64,000 nucleotides of DNA, taken from Eledone cirrhosa (Eukaryota). The stretch is from NCBI GenBank assembly GCA_964016885.1, contig OZ024752.1, positions 38,688,001 to 38,752,000 of the forward strand, in the 5' to 3' direction. Made by a program: the position numbers and the translations under genes. The notes under the pieces are model-generated. The model was not told where the DNA came from and searched no databases. It saw only the letters and a list, made by a program, of their open reading frames with translations. Every line of letters begins with the position of its first letter. The first letter of the stretch is position 1. Below, piece by piece: positions 40,519 to 53,659 of the stretch.

Positions 40519-41872
40519 GTTCAAATCTCGCCGAGGTTAACTTTGTCTTTCATCTTTACGGGGTTGATAAAATAAAGTACCAGTAATACACTGGAGTAAT
40601 TGCTGGCCTTGTGCCAAAAGTAGAAACAATTATTATGCCTGAATTGGCAGTATCAGTAAAGCGTCAGACACCGTACTTTTCGACATGGAGTTATGGCCCT
40701 TTACGATCTGTGTTCAAATCCCGCCAAGGTTGACTGCCTTTCATCCATACGGGGTTGATAAAATAAAGTACGAGTAATGCACTGGAGAAATACCTGGTCT
40801 TGTGCCAAAAGTAGAAATAATTATTATGCCAATATATATTAAGGTAGTGGGTTGATAGAATTGTAGACTAACTCTAACAGGGACACAGATGCAACTTGAC
40901 TACATTGGAGGAAGCTTTGTCAATTCCTGCTGCAGAGCAGGATAGATTGAAACTGAGACTTTTGGATAATTTACATTCAAAAGACAATTTCAACTCTCTC
41001 TCTCGTTGATTAATCCAATCAAAACTCAAAGTGTTGCTTACTTTCTGCAAGAGCCAAATTTTCTGGGGGAAATGCTGATGCTTTGCCTGTGGCCAACATT
41101 GATGGCCTACTCAGTTCAGATGAGCTCTGCATCTCCATCACTCACAGAGTCAGAGCTGATATTTGTGAGGATTTATATGTTGATGTGGCAAGCCCCTTGA
41201 TTCCATGGGTTTTTGTGAAATGTTATGTTGAATAGATACAGGCTACTTCATTTGTCATAACAAGTTGAACCGTTTGTGCAGACGATAGAATAAGTACTGA
41301 CTTGGTCTGTGATGACCTCTCCAGTCTATGCTAACAGTGAAACAGATGTTATATGATGGTGATGATGATGATAACGAAAATGAAAGCTAATTATCAAATA
41401 ATATCATTAATCTTTTCAATACTTAAGATTAGATAAGAAATATCTAATTTCCAAGAAATTAGATTACTTTGTGAGAAATTACACTAAGATTATGGAAAAC
41501 TAGAAATGATGTACATTAGAAAAGGGACCATCCCAACAATTCTATTTTAACCCTTTAACATTTAAACCAGCCAGAATTCTCTCACCTCTTTCTGTTCAAA
41601 CTGGCTGCAATTGGCCACTCATACTGATATTAAGGTATTGTATTTAAGAGAAATAATATAAAAATCTCTTAGATTCGATATTATGTGAGGTAAAGCTTTT
41701 ATCATGAGAATATGGGGGGGGACAGGGGGGATGGTAGCAGTGACCGCTGCTGCTGTTCTGTGCCTATGTCTATCTTTCCTTAAAATATCTCCTATATCTT
41801 CCACTTATAGCTATATAAATACATTGAGTTTTGTATAAAACTATTTGGCACTCATATACTCTCCCATATAGC

Positions 41873-42485
41873 TGTGGATCATTTGCCACCAATTCATGGA
41901 TTATTTGCCACCAGTCCATGGATCATTTGCCACCAGTCCATGGATAATTTGCTACCAGTCCATGGATCATTTGTTACCAGTCTGTGGATCATTTGCTACC
42001 ACTCGTTGGATCATTTGCCACCAATCCGTGGATCATTTGCTACCAGTCCATGGATCATTTGCTACCAGTCCATGGATCATTTGCTACCAGTCCATGGATC
42101 GTTTTCTACCAGTCCATGGATCATTTGCTACCAGTCCATGGATCATTTGCTACCAGTCCATGGATCATTTGCTACCAGTCCATGGATCATTTGTTACCAG
42201 TCCATGGATCATTTGCTACCAGTCCATGGATCATTTGCTACCAGTCCATGGATCATTTGCTACCAGTCCATGGATCATTTGCTACCAGTCCATGGATCAT
42301 TTGCTACCAGTCCATGGATCATTTGCTACCAGTCCATGGATCATTTGCTACCAGTCCATGGATCGTTTTCTACCAGTCCATGGATCATTTGCTACCAGTC
42401 CATGGATCATTTGCTACCAGTCCATGGATCATTTGCTACCAGTCCATGGATCATTTGCTACCAGTCCACGGATCATTTTCTACCG
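41873..42485. repeat. 22-bp minisatellite (ggatcatttgctaccagtccat), about 28 copies
   Basis: Direct periodicity; the ORF track shows a 22-aa period in all three plus frames. Confidence 0.96.
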
Positions 42486-42909
42486 AGTCAAAAGATTATA
42501 CACTTCTTCCCTTTAATAAATTGCTCTTTTTATTATTACTCCCTTTATCGAAATGCACTTAAATAACATGTATGTGCAACCAGTGGCAGACTGGCCAGGT
42601 TGCCAAGTTGCCCAATGGCAAGTGCGCCCCAGGGCGCCCACGGTAGCATTGCAAGAGCCCACAGTAGCATTGCAGGGCCCACTGTAGTATTTTAGGGGCC
42701 AATGCTTTGCTTTCAAAAAATACCTGAAATCTAAGAGAAAGAATAAAATGTTTTTTAAAATAAATAAAACAATTAAGCAAAGCATTTGGTCAACCAATTC
42801 CCCAGGGAATTAAGGGCAACCAAAATATATGATAGTGTAAATAGCTGGAATCAGTGGTTGTGCATTCTACTAAATTTAAAGCTTAGTGTATTCATGCAAA
42901 CATGCATAT

Positions 42910-43160
42910 ATATATATATAATATATAATATATATACTTACACATACACAAGAACTACTGACCAAATAATGTTTTGGTATCAATGGGTTAAAAACATCTG
43001 TCAAATCAATTAGTGGTGAAGGTGGTGTATATATATAATATATAATATATATACTTACACATACACAAGAACTACTGACCAAATAATGTTTTGGTATCAA
43101 TGGGTTAAAAACATCTGTCAAATCAATTAGTGGTGAAGGTGGTGTATATATATAATATAT
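42910..43160. repeat. Direct tandem duplication of about 118 bp
   Basis: acttacacatacacaagaactactgacc...ggtgaaggtggtgtata occurs twice. Confidence 0.9.
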
Positions 43161-43888
43161 AATATATAATATATAATGTCATTTAGATCCCTAGGGATTT
43201 TTGTACAAGTTGAAAACATGTTATGTATATATATATATATAAATCTATATATACACATGTACATGCATTCCCATATATGTATATAACCCATGCTAGCGTC
43301 GAAGATGGACGTTAAACGATGATGATGATGATATATTGAGTGAGTGAGAAACACCAAAGGTCATTATTGAAAGTCTCTGGATTTCGCAAAATACATAATA
43401 TTTTTTATTGGAGAAGGTAAAATATTTCTCCGCAAAAATTTGATTGCACTGTTTTGTTTCCACTTATGTAATTTTTGAAAATGTTATTTATTCATTATAA
43501 AAATTAAATGATAGCATTCTATACGTAGGTGGGCCCCCTTTATCTCCTGGCAACCAATATTTTTAGACCCAGTCCGCGGAAATATTGTCCAGCATGAAAC
43601 CAGTCCGTGGTATAAAAAAGGTTGGAGACCAAAGATTGGATATCAAATATTTCTTCAATTATTTCTTCCAATTATTCTGAATTAGCTATAGGTTGTAAGA
43701 CAACTTCAACCTATATCAATAGGAAAAATAACATCTAATATGAAGGACAACATCTTATTGATATGATAAAATAGAAATAAAGGATGGTCTTATATATGAG
43801 TGTATTGCTGAATACTCAAGTCAACAGCCTATTATCCACTTCAAGTGAAATTATTGACTTTTGAACTCCTGCAAATATACTTTTATAA

Positions 43889-44033
43889 TACCACTACTAC
43901 TACCATCACCTCAACTACCATCACCTCCACGGTCAACATCATCACCTCCACTACTACCACCACCACTACTACTACCATCACCACCACTACTACCAACACC
44001 ACTGTCAACATCACCACCACTACTACTACCACC

Positions 44034-44067
<34 letters not shown>

Positions 44068-44558
44068 ACATCATCACCACCACTGTCAACATCACCACCA
44101 CTACTACTACTACCATCATCACCACCACTACTACCACCACCACCACTACTACCACCACCACCACCACTACTACTACCACCACCACCACTACTACTACCAT
44201 CACCACCACCACTACTACCACCACCACCACTACTACCACCACCACCACCACTACTACTACCATCACCACCACTACTACTACCATCACCACCACTACTACT
44301 ACCACCACCACCACTACCACCACCACCACTGTCAACATCACCACTACTACTACCATCACCACTACTACCACCACCACCACCACTACTACTACCATCACCA
44401 CCACCACTACTACCACCACCACCACTACTACCACCACCACCACCACTACTACTACCACCACCACCACTACTACTAACATCACCACCACTACTACTAACAT
44501 CATCACCACCACTACTACCAACACCTCTACTACCACCACCACCACTGTCAACATCACC

Positions 44559-44589
<31 letters not shown>

Positions 44590-44672
44590 ACATCATCACC
44601 ACTACTACTACCACCACCACCACTGTCAACATCACCACTACTACTACCACCACCACCACTGTCAACATCACC

Positions 44673-44704
<32 letters not shown>

Positions 44705-44740
44705 CATCACCACCACTACTACTACCACCACCACTACTAA
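43889..44740. repeat. (ACC/ACT/ATC)n trinucleotide tract
   Basis: Seen directly; produces poly-Thr/Pro/Val ORFs. Confidence 0.95.
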
Positions 44741-44924
44741 ACCATCATAGTAATAATAATAATGATAATAATAATTGTTTCTACTTTTGGCACAAGGCCA
44801 GCAATTATCCCAGTGTATTACTGGTACTTTATTTTATCGACCCCATAAGGATGAAAGGCAAAGTCAACCTAGGCGGGATTTGAACTCAGAATGGCAAGCG
44901 GCGTAAATAATAATAAGTTTTTCA

Positions 44925-46135
44925 TAATAATGATTTCTTTATTGGCCACAAGGGCTGACATCAAGAAAAACATTACAGCCGGCAAAGGACGGTACGATGT
45001 GGGTTTAGTGCGGGTAAAGATTTTTATTATTTATATAAGAAAAGAAAAAGAAAAAGACATAGAAACATATATATATATATAAACAATAAAAATGAAAATT
45101 GAAACAATGAAAAATTCCCCAATAGGGGGGAAACCTCCGAGGGTTACTCGTGGCGAAAACCATACAAAAGACCACAGCCACCCTCCACCAGGGCAAGCGC
45201 CCTCTCTCAAATTTTTCCATTTCTCAAACCACAGGCGTATATTCAGAGCGGTCCCGTTCACTCGGACCATTCTCGCTACATTCACCCACCTTTCAACAAA
45301 CTTGCTAGAAGGCAGCACTTGCCTCTCCACCCTGATTTTCCTCTTCAAGTGAAACTTGAAAAAGTTAATTAGGGATTCGCCGAAGAGGAAAGTGTCTGTC
45401 TTTAACCCTTTCAACCTTGTCCACCACACAATCTCTTTCGCCATGGCCACCAGGCAGATGAAAACCGCCTGCCCTTCCTCCTCGAAGGAAGACGGCGAGA
45501 CCATCTGCACAATGGACTCAGTCGATAGCCAGATCAGTCCTACACGCGACAGCAACTGTTCAACATAGCTCCACAAGTCAGCAATGCTCGGGCACTGAAT
45601 AGGTGCATGCACGACGGTTTCGTCGCTCTGCGCGCATCTCGGACAGGCTCGGCTGACGGCACTTCCGTGCCTATAGAGCTTATCTCGAACCGGCAATGCT
45701 CTCTGGTAGCACTGCCAGGCCAGGGATTTTGGGAAGTTATCCATAGGCCCCGGGTTGAAAGTTCTCCAGAAGAGAGCAAACAGCTGATCTTCTTCAATGC
45801 CCAGGATCTCTCCGAGAACGTTGTCGCTCTTCCCCTCCACTAGTCTTCTATATGTTCCACTGATACTGGTGCCCAGCTGGCAGAGGGCGGTGAGCGCCTG
45901 GAGACATTCCAGTTTCCAAGCGCTATCCCTCGGTATTTTCCTGACTCAGGACTGCTTCTGTCAAGGAGACGAGCTGTGGGAAAACGTGCCTGGTGAACGG
46001 CGACCACACCTGTTCACCGTCAAGGAAGCACCAGAGATGTCGCAGCCTCAGCACATGTTTGCGCATCATCAGCCATGGCATGCCCAGTCCTCCACGCAAC
46101 GGGTGTTGACAGCAGATGGATCGTTGCTAACACTT
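44925..46135 (-). mobile_element. Tx1/L1-clade LINE 3' fragment
   Basis: W...QRALPVRDKL......CPRCAQSDETVVHAPIQC is the zf-RVT CCHC motif; aataaa near the 3' end. Confidence 0.82.
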
Positions 46136-47379
46136 TGACCAAAATCTTGAGGTTTAATAATAATAATAATTGTTTCTACTTTAGGCACAAGGCCAGCAAT
46201 TACCCAGTACATTACTGGTAGGCCATCAATTACCTAGTACATTACTGGTACTTTATTTTATCGACCCCGTAAGGATGCAAGGTAAAGTTAACCTTAATAA
46301 TAATCGTTTCTTATTTAGGCACAAGGCCAGCATTTTTTTTTTTTTTTTTTGTTGATTAAATCGACCCCAGTGCATTACTGGTGTTTTATGTTATCAAGCC
46401 TGTAAGGATGAAAGGCAAAGCTAACCTCGGCAGGATTTGAACTCAAACTGTAAAGGGCCGTAACTCTACTAATAATAACACCAACAAGGAGTAGTGAGAA
46501 ATTTCCTAAAACTTTTAAACAGAAACAAGGATGGTGCCTCAGCATGGCCTTCGCCGGATGGCTAGAACAGGTAAAAGAATAAAGATAGGAAAGTGTCATG
46601 CTTGAGATAATAATAAAACATGGTTATTGATAAATTTATTATCAAAACCTTTGAACCGAAGAACCTTTAAACTTTCATCAAATGTTGTTTTTTTCTTTAT
46701 CTCTAACAAATAACTTGAAGCAGAAAGATTTCATTTGAAGCAAAATGTCCATAATGCAAGTCACAAAAATTGGTTTTCTTTTAATGATTGGAATTCTTCC
46801 ATTTACATACGGCGGAGGTAAATTTTTACATATTTATTTTTTCATATAATAGATATTTTACATGAGTTTATTTAATGTCAGTGTACATAGGACATAATAC
46901 GAGCATCATTTGAAAATTTCATAGGCTGAATATGAAGGAGTGATGCTAGAGCTGTGAAGACTTGCATGCATTAATTTCAGCTGATTTTATTAATAACTGC
47001 ATTGTTTCTTTCTAGAGAAAGACTCCTATATTTATGTGCACATACCCACTATCATCATTATCACCATCATCATTATTATTCTTTGCAGTATAGAGTTACA
47101 GTCCTTTACATTCTCAGTTCAAATACTGCTGAGGTTAGCTTTGCCTTTCATCCTTACGGGGTTGATAAAATAAAGTACCAGTAATGCACTGGGGTTCTTT
47201 TAATCGACTTTCCTCACTCCCCAAATTGCTGGCCTTGTGTCTAAAGTAGAAATCATTATTATTATTTTATTATTTTGTGCATTATCACTACATTACTGAG
47301 CACAGTTTTGTGTGCCTTGGGTATGTGCAGTGTGGGTTTTGATGGCGTTGTTTCTATTGTATTGAGAGTACACTTAATA

Positions 47380-47447
47380 GTACACACACATAAACTGAAT
47401 AGTCACACTTACATTGAATAGTTTCATACACACACTGAATAGTCAGT

Positions 47448-47486
<39 letters not shown>

Positions 47487-47546
47487 ACAAACTGAATAGT
47501 CACACTTACGTTGAATAGTCAGTCATACACACACTGAAGAGTTTCC

Positions 47547-47588
<42 letters not shown>

Positions 47589-47638
47589 AACTGAATAGTC
47601 ACACTTACATTGAATAGTCAGTCATACACACACTGAAG

Positions 47639-47693
<55 letters not shown>

Positions 47694-47822
47694 AACTGAA
47701 TAGTCACACTTACATTGAATAGTCAGTCATACACACACTGAAGAGTTACACACACACACACACACACACAAACTGAATAGTCACACTTACATTGAATAGT
47801 CAGTCATACACACACTGAAGAG

Positions 47823-47880
<58 letters not shown>
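47380..47880. repeat. Compound repeat: aactgaatagtcacacttacattgaatagtcagtcatac units separated by (CA)n
   Basis: About 5 copies, seen directly. Confidence 0.85.
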
Positions 47881-48254
47881 AGTAAATTGTGTCTGCTGCT
47901 ATTATCTACAAGGAATTGTAACAATTTCAGTTTATTTAACAAGTTTTATGCTCTTGGGAAAGGCATGAATCCCACAGAATCCCATTTCTCTCTCCCTATT
48001 AACTCAAATACCTGCTGTCTGTGTAAGAAATCAATAATGTGAATAAATTTAATATAATAATAATAATTGTTTCTACTTTAGGCACAAGGCCAGCAATTAT
48101 CCCAGTGTATTACTGGTACTTTATTTTATCGACCCCGTAAGGATGAAAGGCAAAGTTAACCTCGGCGGGATTTGAACTCAAACCGTAAAGGGACGTAACT
48201 ATGCTAGAAAGCATGTCGTCCAACCCTCTACCGATACTGCCAATTCACCAAATA

Positions 48255-48935
48255 ATAATAATAATGAAATATTGTGTACAGTGCTCAGGTGCACTACAAC
48301 TCGTCAAAGGTGTATGTATAGTACATAGGGTAATGTACAAGCATCAGGAAAATGAACAGTGCATGAGTCATGATACACACATAATAATTGTTTCTACTTT
48401 AGGCACAAGGCCAGCAATTACCCAGTGCGTTACTGGTACTTTATTTCATCGACCCCGTAAGGATGAAAGGCAAAGTCAACCTCGGCGGGATTTGAACTCA
48501 GATCGTAAAGGGACGTAACTATATAATAATGAAATATTGTGTACAGTGCTCAGGTGCACTACAACTCGTCAAAGGTGCATGTATAGTACATAGGGTAATG
48601 TACAAACATCAGGAAAATGAACAGTGCATGAGTCATGATACACACATAATAATGAAATTATTGTGTACAGTGCTCAGGTGCACTACAACTCGTCAAAGGT
48701 GTATGTATAGTACATAGAGTAATACACAAATGTCAGGGAAGTACATGTGTGTATGTGTTAGCTGTAGTGTTGGCGGATCTCGGGAAGCATGGAGTATTTA
48801 ATAAAATGATTACTGCTAACAATATTTTCCTGACATTTGTACATTATTCTATGTACTATACATGCACCTTTGATGAGTTGTAAGTGCAGCTGAGCACTGT
48901 ACACAATAATTTCATTATTATTATTATTATTATTA
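48255..48935. mobile_element. Cluster of CR1 3'-tail fragments (three direct, one inverted) interleaved with a family-A SINE
   Basis: atgaaat(t)attgtgtacagtgctcaggtgcactacaactcgtcaa matches the CR1 3' end at 14241-14290. Confidence 0.75.
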
Positions 48936-48975
48936 ATACTTTCAGAAAATTAATTGTTTTAAAATTATCTTAAAG

Positions 48976-49077
48976 GTACATGGCTGTGTAACTTCCACCA
49001 TGATGCCTGCAATTGGAAGACTGGGAATGGAAATTGCTCCAGTTGGGCCTGGTTAAGCCAAGTGGCTGGAGTGAAAG
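48976..49077 (+). CDS. Internal exon, N-terminal part of a MAM-like domain
   Basis: aaag|GT...AAAG|gtgaga; 102 nt, phase 1 to phase 1; (G)TWLCNFHHDACNWKTGNGNCSSWAWLSQVAGVK matches the C-x-F-x4-C-x-W start of MAM domains. Confidence 0.7.
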
Positions 49078-49102
49078 GTGAGATTTGTGTTTCTTCATAG
49101 GT

Positions 49103-49107
49103 TTTGG

Positions 49108-49138
<31 letters not shown>

Positions 49139-49218
49139 GGTGGTGGTGGTGCTGGTGCTGGTGGTGGTGGTGGTGATGGTGGTGGTGCTGGTGGTGGTGG
49201 TGGTGGTGTTGTTGTTGG

Positions 49219-49249
<31 letters not shown>

Positions 49250-49287
49250 GCTGGTGGTGGTGGTGGTGGTGGTGCTGGTGGTGGTGC

Positions 49288-49318
<31 letters not shown>

Positions 49319-49356
49319 GGTGGTGGTGCTGGTGGTGCTGGTGCTGCTGGTGGTGG

Positions 49357-49387
<31 letters not shown>

Positions 49388-50090
49388 GGTGCTGGTGGTG
49401 GTGGTGCTGGTGCTGGTGGTGGTGGTGCTGGTGGTGGTGATGGTGGTGGTGGTGGTGGTGCTGGTGCTGGTGCTGGTGGTGGTGGTGCTGGTGGTGGTGG
49501 TGGTGGTGCTGGTGGTGGTGGTGCTGGTGGTGGTGGTGGTGCTGGTGCTGGTGGTGCTGGTGGTGGTGGTGGTGCTGGTGGTGGTGCTGGTGGTGGTGAT
49601 GGTGGTGGTGGTGGTGGTGGTGCTGGTGCTGGTGGTGGTGGTGCTGGTGGTGGTGGTGGTGGTGCTGGTGGTGGTGGTGCTGGTGGTGGTGGTGGTGCTG
49701 GTGCTGGTGGTGCTGGTGGTGGTGGTGGTGCTGGTGGTGGTGCTGGTGGTGGTGGTGGTGCTGGTGGTGGTGGTGCTGGTGGTGGTGGTGCTGGTGGTAG
49801 TGGTGGTGCTGGTGGTGGTGGTGGTGGTGCTGGTGGTGATGGTGGTGGTGGTGATGGTGCTGGTGGTAGTGGTGGTGCTGGTGGTGGTGGTGGTGGTGGT
49901 GATGGTGGTGGTGGTGCTGGTGGTGATGGTGCTGGTGGTAGTGGTGGTGCTGGTGGTGGTGGTGGTGGTGCTGGTGGTGGTGGAGCTGTTGCTGCTGCTG
50001 CTTCTGGTGTTAGTGGTGGGGGTGGGGCGGTGCTACTGCTGCTGCTGGTGTTAGTGGTGGTGGTGGTGGTGGTGGGGCTACTGCTGCTGC

Positions 50091-50125
<35 letters not shown>

Positions 50126-50143
50126 ATGATGATGATGATGATG
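49103..50143. repeat. (GGT/GCT)n trinucleotide tract, intronic
   Basis: Seen directly; begins about 25 nt after the exon donor. Confidence 0.95.
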
Positions 50144-50702
50144 AAAGCTCTTGAAACATTATTTATCAATAATTTAACTTTGCCTTTCATCCTTACGGGG
50201 TTGATAAAATAAAGTACCAGTAATACACTGGGTAATTGCTGGCCTTGTGCCAAAAGTAGAAACAATTATTATTACTTCAAATTATGAGTTCAAATCCTGG
50301 CGAGGTTAACTTTGCCTTTTCATCCTTACAGAGTCAATAAAATAAAGTACCAGTAATACACTGAGGTTGATTTAATCGACTTTCCCTCTTTCCTCAAAAT
50401 TGTTGCCCTTGAGCCTAAATCAGAAACCATTCTTACATGACATATCCTTTCTTTATACATACTGGCAGCTTTGTTATGAAGAGAAGTTATGATGGATAGG
50501 TGGCACCAATTAGAGAGGATGTCAGCTATGGCATTTGCCAAGGAGGCCTATCATTAACTTTGCCTTTCATCCTTACGGGGTCGATAAAATAAAGTACCAG
50601 TAATGTACTGAGTAATTGCTGGCCTTGTGCCTAAAGTAGAAACAATTATTTCTAGTTAAAATAGGATTTAACCCTTTAGCATTCACATGACTCTATATAT
50701 AC

Positions 50703-51582
50703 TTATGGAATCCCCAAGAAGATAATGGACCTGATATCACTGCTCTACACCAACACCAAAGCCCAAGTCATTACACCTGATGGGATGACAGAGTTCTTTG
50801 AGATACCGGCTGGAGTGCTCCAGGGAGATACATTGGCTCCTTACTTTTTTATCATCGTAGTGGACTATTGTATGTGCCTTGCACTGGAGAAACACCAAGA
50901 TTCTGGCTGAGAATGAATGAGACTAAAACAAAATATCTCGTAGAGAATGTTGAGAAGCCAGAGGGGATCACTAATGTAGGCAGGAAGCCGCTAGAATTGG
51001 TTGAGGACTTCCTGTATTTGGGAACAAAGATTGGGAATACGGAAGATGATGTGGTTGAGAGGAAGAGCAAAGCCTGGGCGGCGTGCCACAGCTTGAGATC
51101 GGTGTGGAAGTCGGACTTTCGTAAAGACCTAAAAATCCGCCTCTTCATTGCTGTAGTGGAGTCTGTGCTGCTGTACGGGTCTGAGACTTGGACACTGACC
51201 AAGAAACTCACTCAGATGGTGGATAGGTGCTACACGAGAATGATGAGGATGGTTCTGAACATTAATCAGTATACACTGAGGATGAAAAACTCAGAGCTGT
51301 ATGGGAGCATCCCAAAAGTCAGCTGAAAAGTGACACAGAGGAGACTGAGGTTAGCTGGACATGCTCACCGACATCCAGAGTTGACATTGCACTCAGTGCT
51401 CGTGTGGGAGCCCCTGCATGGACACACTGGAAGAGGTAGACCGAAGTTAACATATGTTGATGCCCTAAGGACATACACTGGTCTGTTGGAGACGCAGGAC
51501 ATGGCAGCGATAATGAGGGACAGAGACCGCTGGAGAGAACTCGTCCATGGATCTCGGGAATTTAACCTGCCCTAGAAAAAAA

Positions 51583-51585
<3 letters not shown>
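50703..51585 (+). mobile_element. Decayed RTE/RTEX-like LINE 3' fragment with an internal deletion
   Basis: GVLQGDTLAPYFFIIVVDY, FLYLG, VESVLLYGSETWTLT, RRLRLAGH..R...GRP; the YADD region is missing. Confidence 0.85.
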
Positions 51586-51619
<34 letters not shown>

Positions 51620-51867
51620 TATATACACATATATATCATCATCATCACCTTTTTACGTCAATTCTTCGACGCTAACATGGGTTAGGCAGGTTGTCCTGTT
51701 GTGGGCAATGGTGACCATGTCTTGCTCATACAACAGAAACACAAACCCTCCATTTAATTTTACTTTTGAAAAGTACAAGAACTGTGAAACCGGTAAAGTA
51801 AATAAATAAATATTCTTAAAAGACTTTAGTAGCATTTTCATACATATATATATATATATATATATAT

Positions 51868-52696
51868 GCAAAAGTTCTATTTAAATTGTTGGGATACAAC
51901 AAGCAAATATTTTTATAACTGATAAAAAGCACTCAACAAGTATTTGGAGTAAAACATACGATATTAACAAATGGAAACTATATGTATAAAACCATATTTA
52001 TTTCATTATACATATTTCAAGGACACCAAGTTAAATTATGGTGTGCTTTCATCAGACAAAATATAATATAGATCAGTTTTATAAATAAATATTGACATAC
52101 CCTTAAAGAATGCAACCATTACTGTTGGAAGCTCCCGGATACTATCCCGGATAGTATTTTTTTAAGGGTATGTCAATATTTATTTATAAAACTGCTCTAT
52201 ATTATATTTTGTCTGATGAAAGCACACCATAATTTAACTTGATGTCCTTGAAATATGTATAATGAAATAAATATGGTTTTATAAATATAGTATGGAGGCA
52301 CATGGCTTAGTGGTTAGAGCATTGGCCTTGCAATCAAAAGGTTGTGAGTTCAATTCTCAGACCGGGTGATGTGTTGTTTCCTTGAGCAAGACACTTTATT
52401 TCACATTGCTCCAGTTTACTCAGCTGTAGAAATGAGATGATAGGGACTGGGGTCCCTATCATTCCACTGCAAAGTGGTCGTGTAGGTGCCACGGCAAAAA
52501 AGCACCCAGCACACACTGTAAAGTGGACGTGTAGGCGCCACGGAAAAAAAAAGCACCCAGCACTCACTGTAAATGAGGTTGGTGTTGGGAAGGGCATCCA
52601 GCTGTAGAAATCAAGCCAGAATCAGTTCCCGTCCCACCCTTGCAAGCAGGGAAAAGCGGACGTAAAATGAAATGATGATTTCCATTTGTTAATATC

Positions 52697-52699
<3 letters not shown>
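51868..52699. mobile_element. Fold-back Penelope-like element (family of 11324-11690) with hammerheads at 51999-52063 (-) and 52205-52269 (+), interrupted by a SINE
   Basis: Near-identical to 11324-11690; the right arm breaks at 52290 and resumes at 52679; (TA)n flanks. Confidence 0.78.
52293..52678 (+). mobile_element. tRNA/CORE-like SINE with an RTE-derived 3' end, family B
   Basis: A-box tggcttagtgg, B-box gttcaattc; 3' cccacccttgcaagcagggaaaagcggacgtaaaatga is identical to the RTE 3' end. Confidence 0.88.
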
Positions 52700-52733
<34 letters not shown>

Positions 52734-52756
52734 TGTATGAATATATGTATAGTATT

Positions 52757-52940
52757 GATTAAAAACATTTTGAAGACAATTCGTTATGAGTTTTAAAGTA
52801 GTGACTATGTCACTTACTTATTCTCAGCAAAAGTAAAGGAGAGTGATCGACAGTCTGTTTCTCGCTTGTTGCTGAGAATAAGTGATATAGTCACTACTTT
52901 AAAACTCATAACGAATGGTCTTCAAAATGTTTTTAATTAA
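52757..52940. repeat. Long inverted repeat with arms of about 70 bp, between (TA)n tracts
   Basis: attaaaaacattttgaagac...ttattctcagcaa / ttgctgagaataag...gtcttcaaaatgtttttaat. Confidence 0.8.
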
Positions 52941-53052
52941 ACAGACAGTATATTGCCAAATATACTATACATACATTCATATATATATCACTATTTCAGA
53001 GTACCAATACTAATATAATCGTGCGCCGATTTTTCGATACTCGATCTTTCTA

Positions 53053-53117
<65 letters not shown>

Positions 53118-53397
53118 TTCATATATATAAAACTTGTTAATTCAAGACATTTAGCAGGACTGAACCAGCTACTTGAACAAAGGTAACCCCCCACCCACCC
53201 ACACACCCCACACCCCACCCCCAGATCACTGCCCACTCCAAGAGAAAAGCAAAAAGATCGAAAAAAACAAGAGAACTTTTAAGATTTTTTTGCCTATACC
53301 CCTTGAGGAGTTCAATTCCCGCCGCTCAAATACTGGCGCTTCAGTTCGGATCTATCTGTTCAAATAGCCGGAGCTCAGCCGTCGGGGTCCTGAATTT

Positions 53398-53462
<65 letters not shown>

Positions 53463-53465
<3 letters not shown>

Positions 53466-53650
53466 CGAAAGCAATGTGGTAAGGAACCAGGTGGACCATA
53501 ACGCACCAAAGTACTCAATACTTAGGGTAGTAGAGTGGGTAATAGGAACGAGTAGGACCCCGACGGCTGAGCTCAAGCCGTTTCGACCGCTGAGCTCAAG
53601 CCGGTCGAAACGGCTTGAGCTGAGCCGTCGGGGTCCTACTCGTTCCTATA
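53463..53650. mobile_element. Fold-back element with inverted hammerhead 3' halves
   Basis: Palindrome 53542-53649 containing GAAA-cggct-tgagctg-agccg-TC-ggggt; same family as 10492-10681 and 53298-53400. Confidence 0.65.
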
Positions 53651-53659
53651 TATATATAT

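Noticed and set aside
41874-42566. Three overlapping ORFs of about 200 aa
   Set aside because: A 22-bp repeat without stop codons opens all three plus frames.
43845-44750. Thr-rich mucin exon
   Set aside because: It is a trinucleotide tract with a non-ATG start, no convincing splice sites and a SINE directly after; similar tracts occur elsewhere in introns. RNA-seq would be needed to exclude it fully.
48970-50265. Pro-rich formin/extensin-like or Gly-rich ORFs
   Set aside because: They come from a (GGT/GCT)n tract just downstream of a splice donor, and the ORF ends run into SINE sequence.
52293-52365. tRNA gene, and similar heads at 15203 and 34045
   Set aside because: A and B boxes are present but continue into SINE bodies; these are tRNA-derived SINE heads.
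52757-52940. Additional hammerhead in this inverted repeat
   Set aside because: The fold-back structure and TA flanks resemble the other elements, but no CTGANGA/GAAA core could be threaded.
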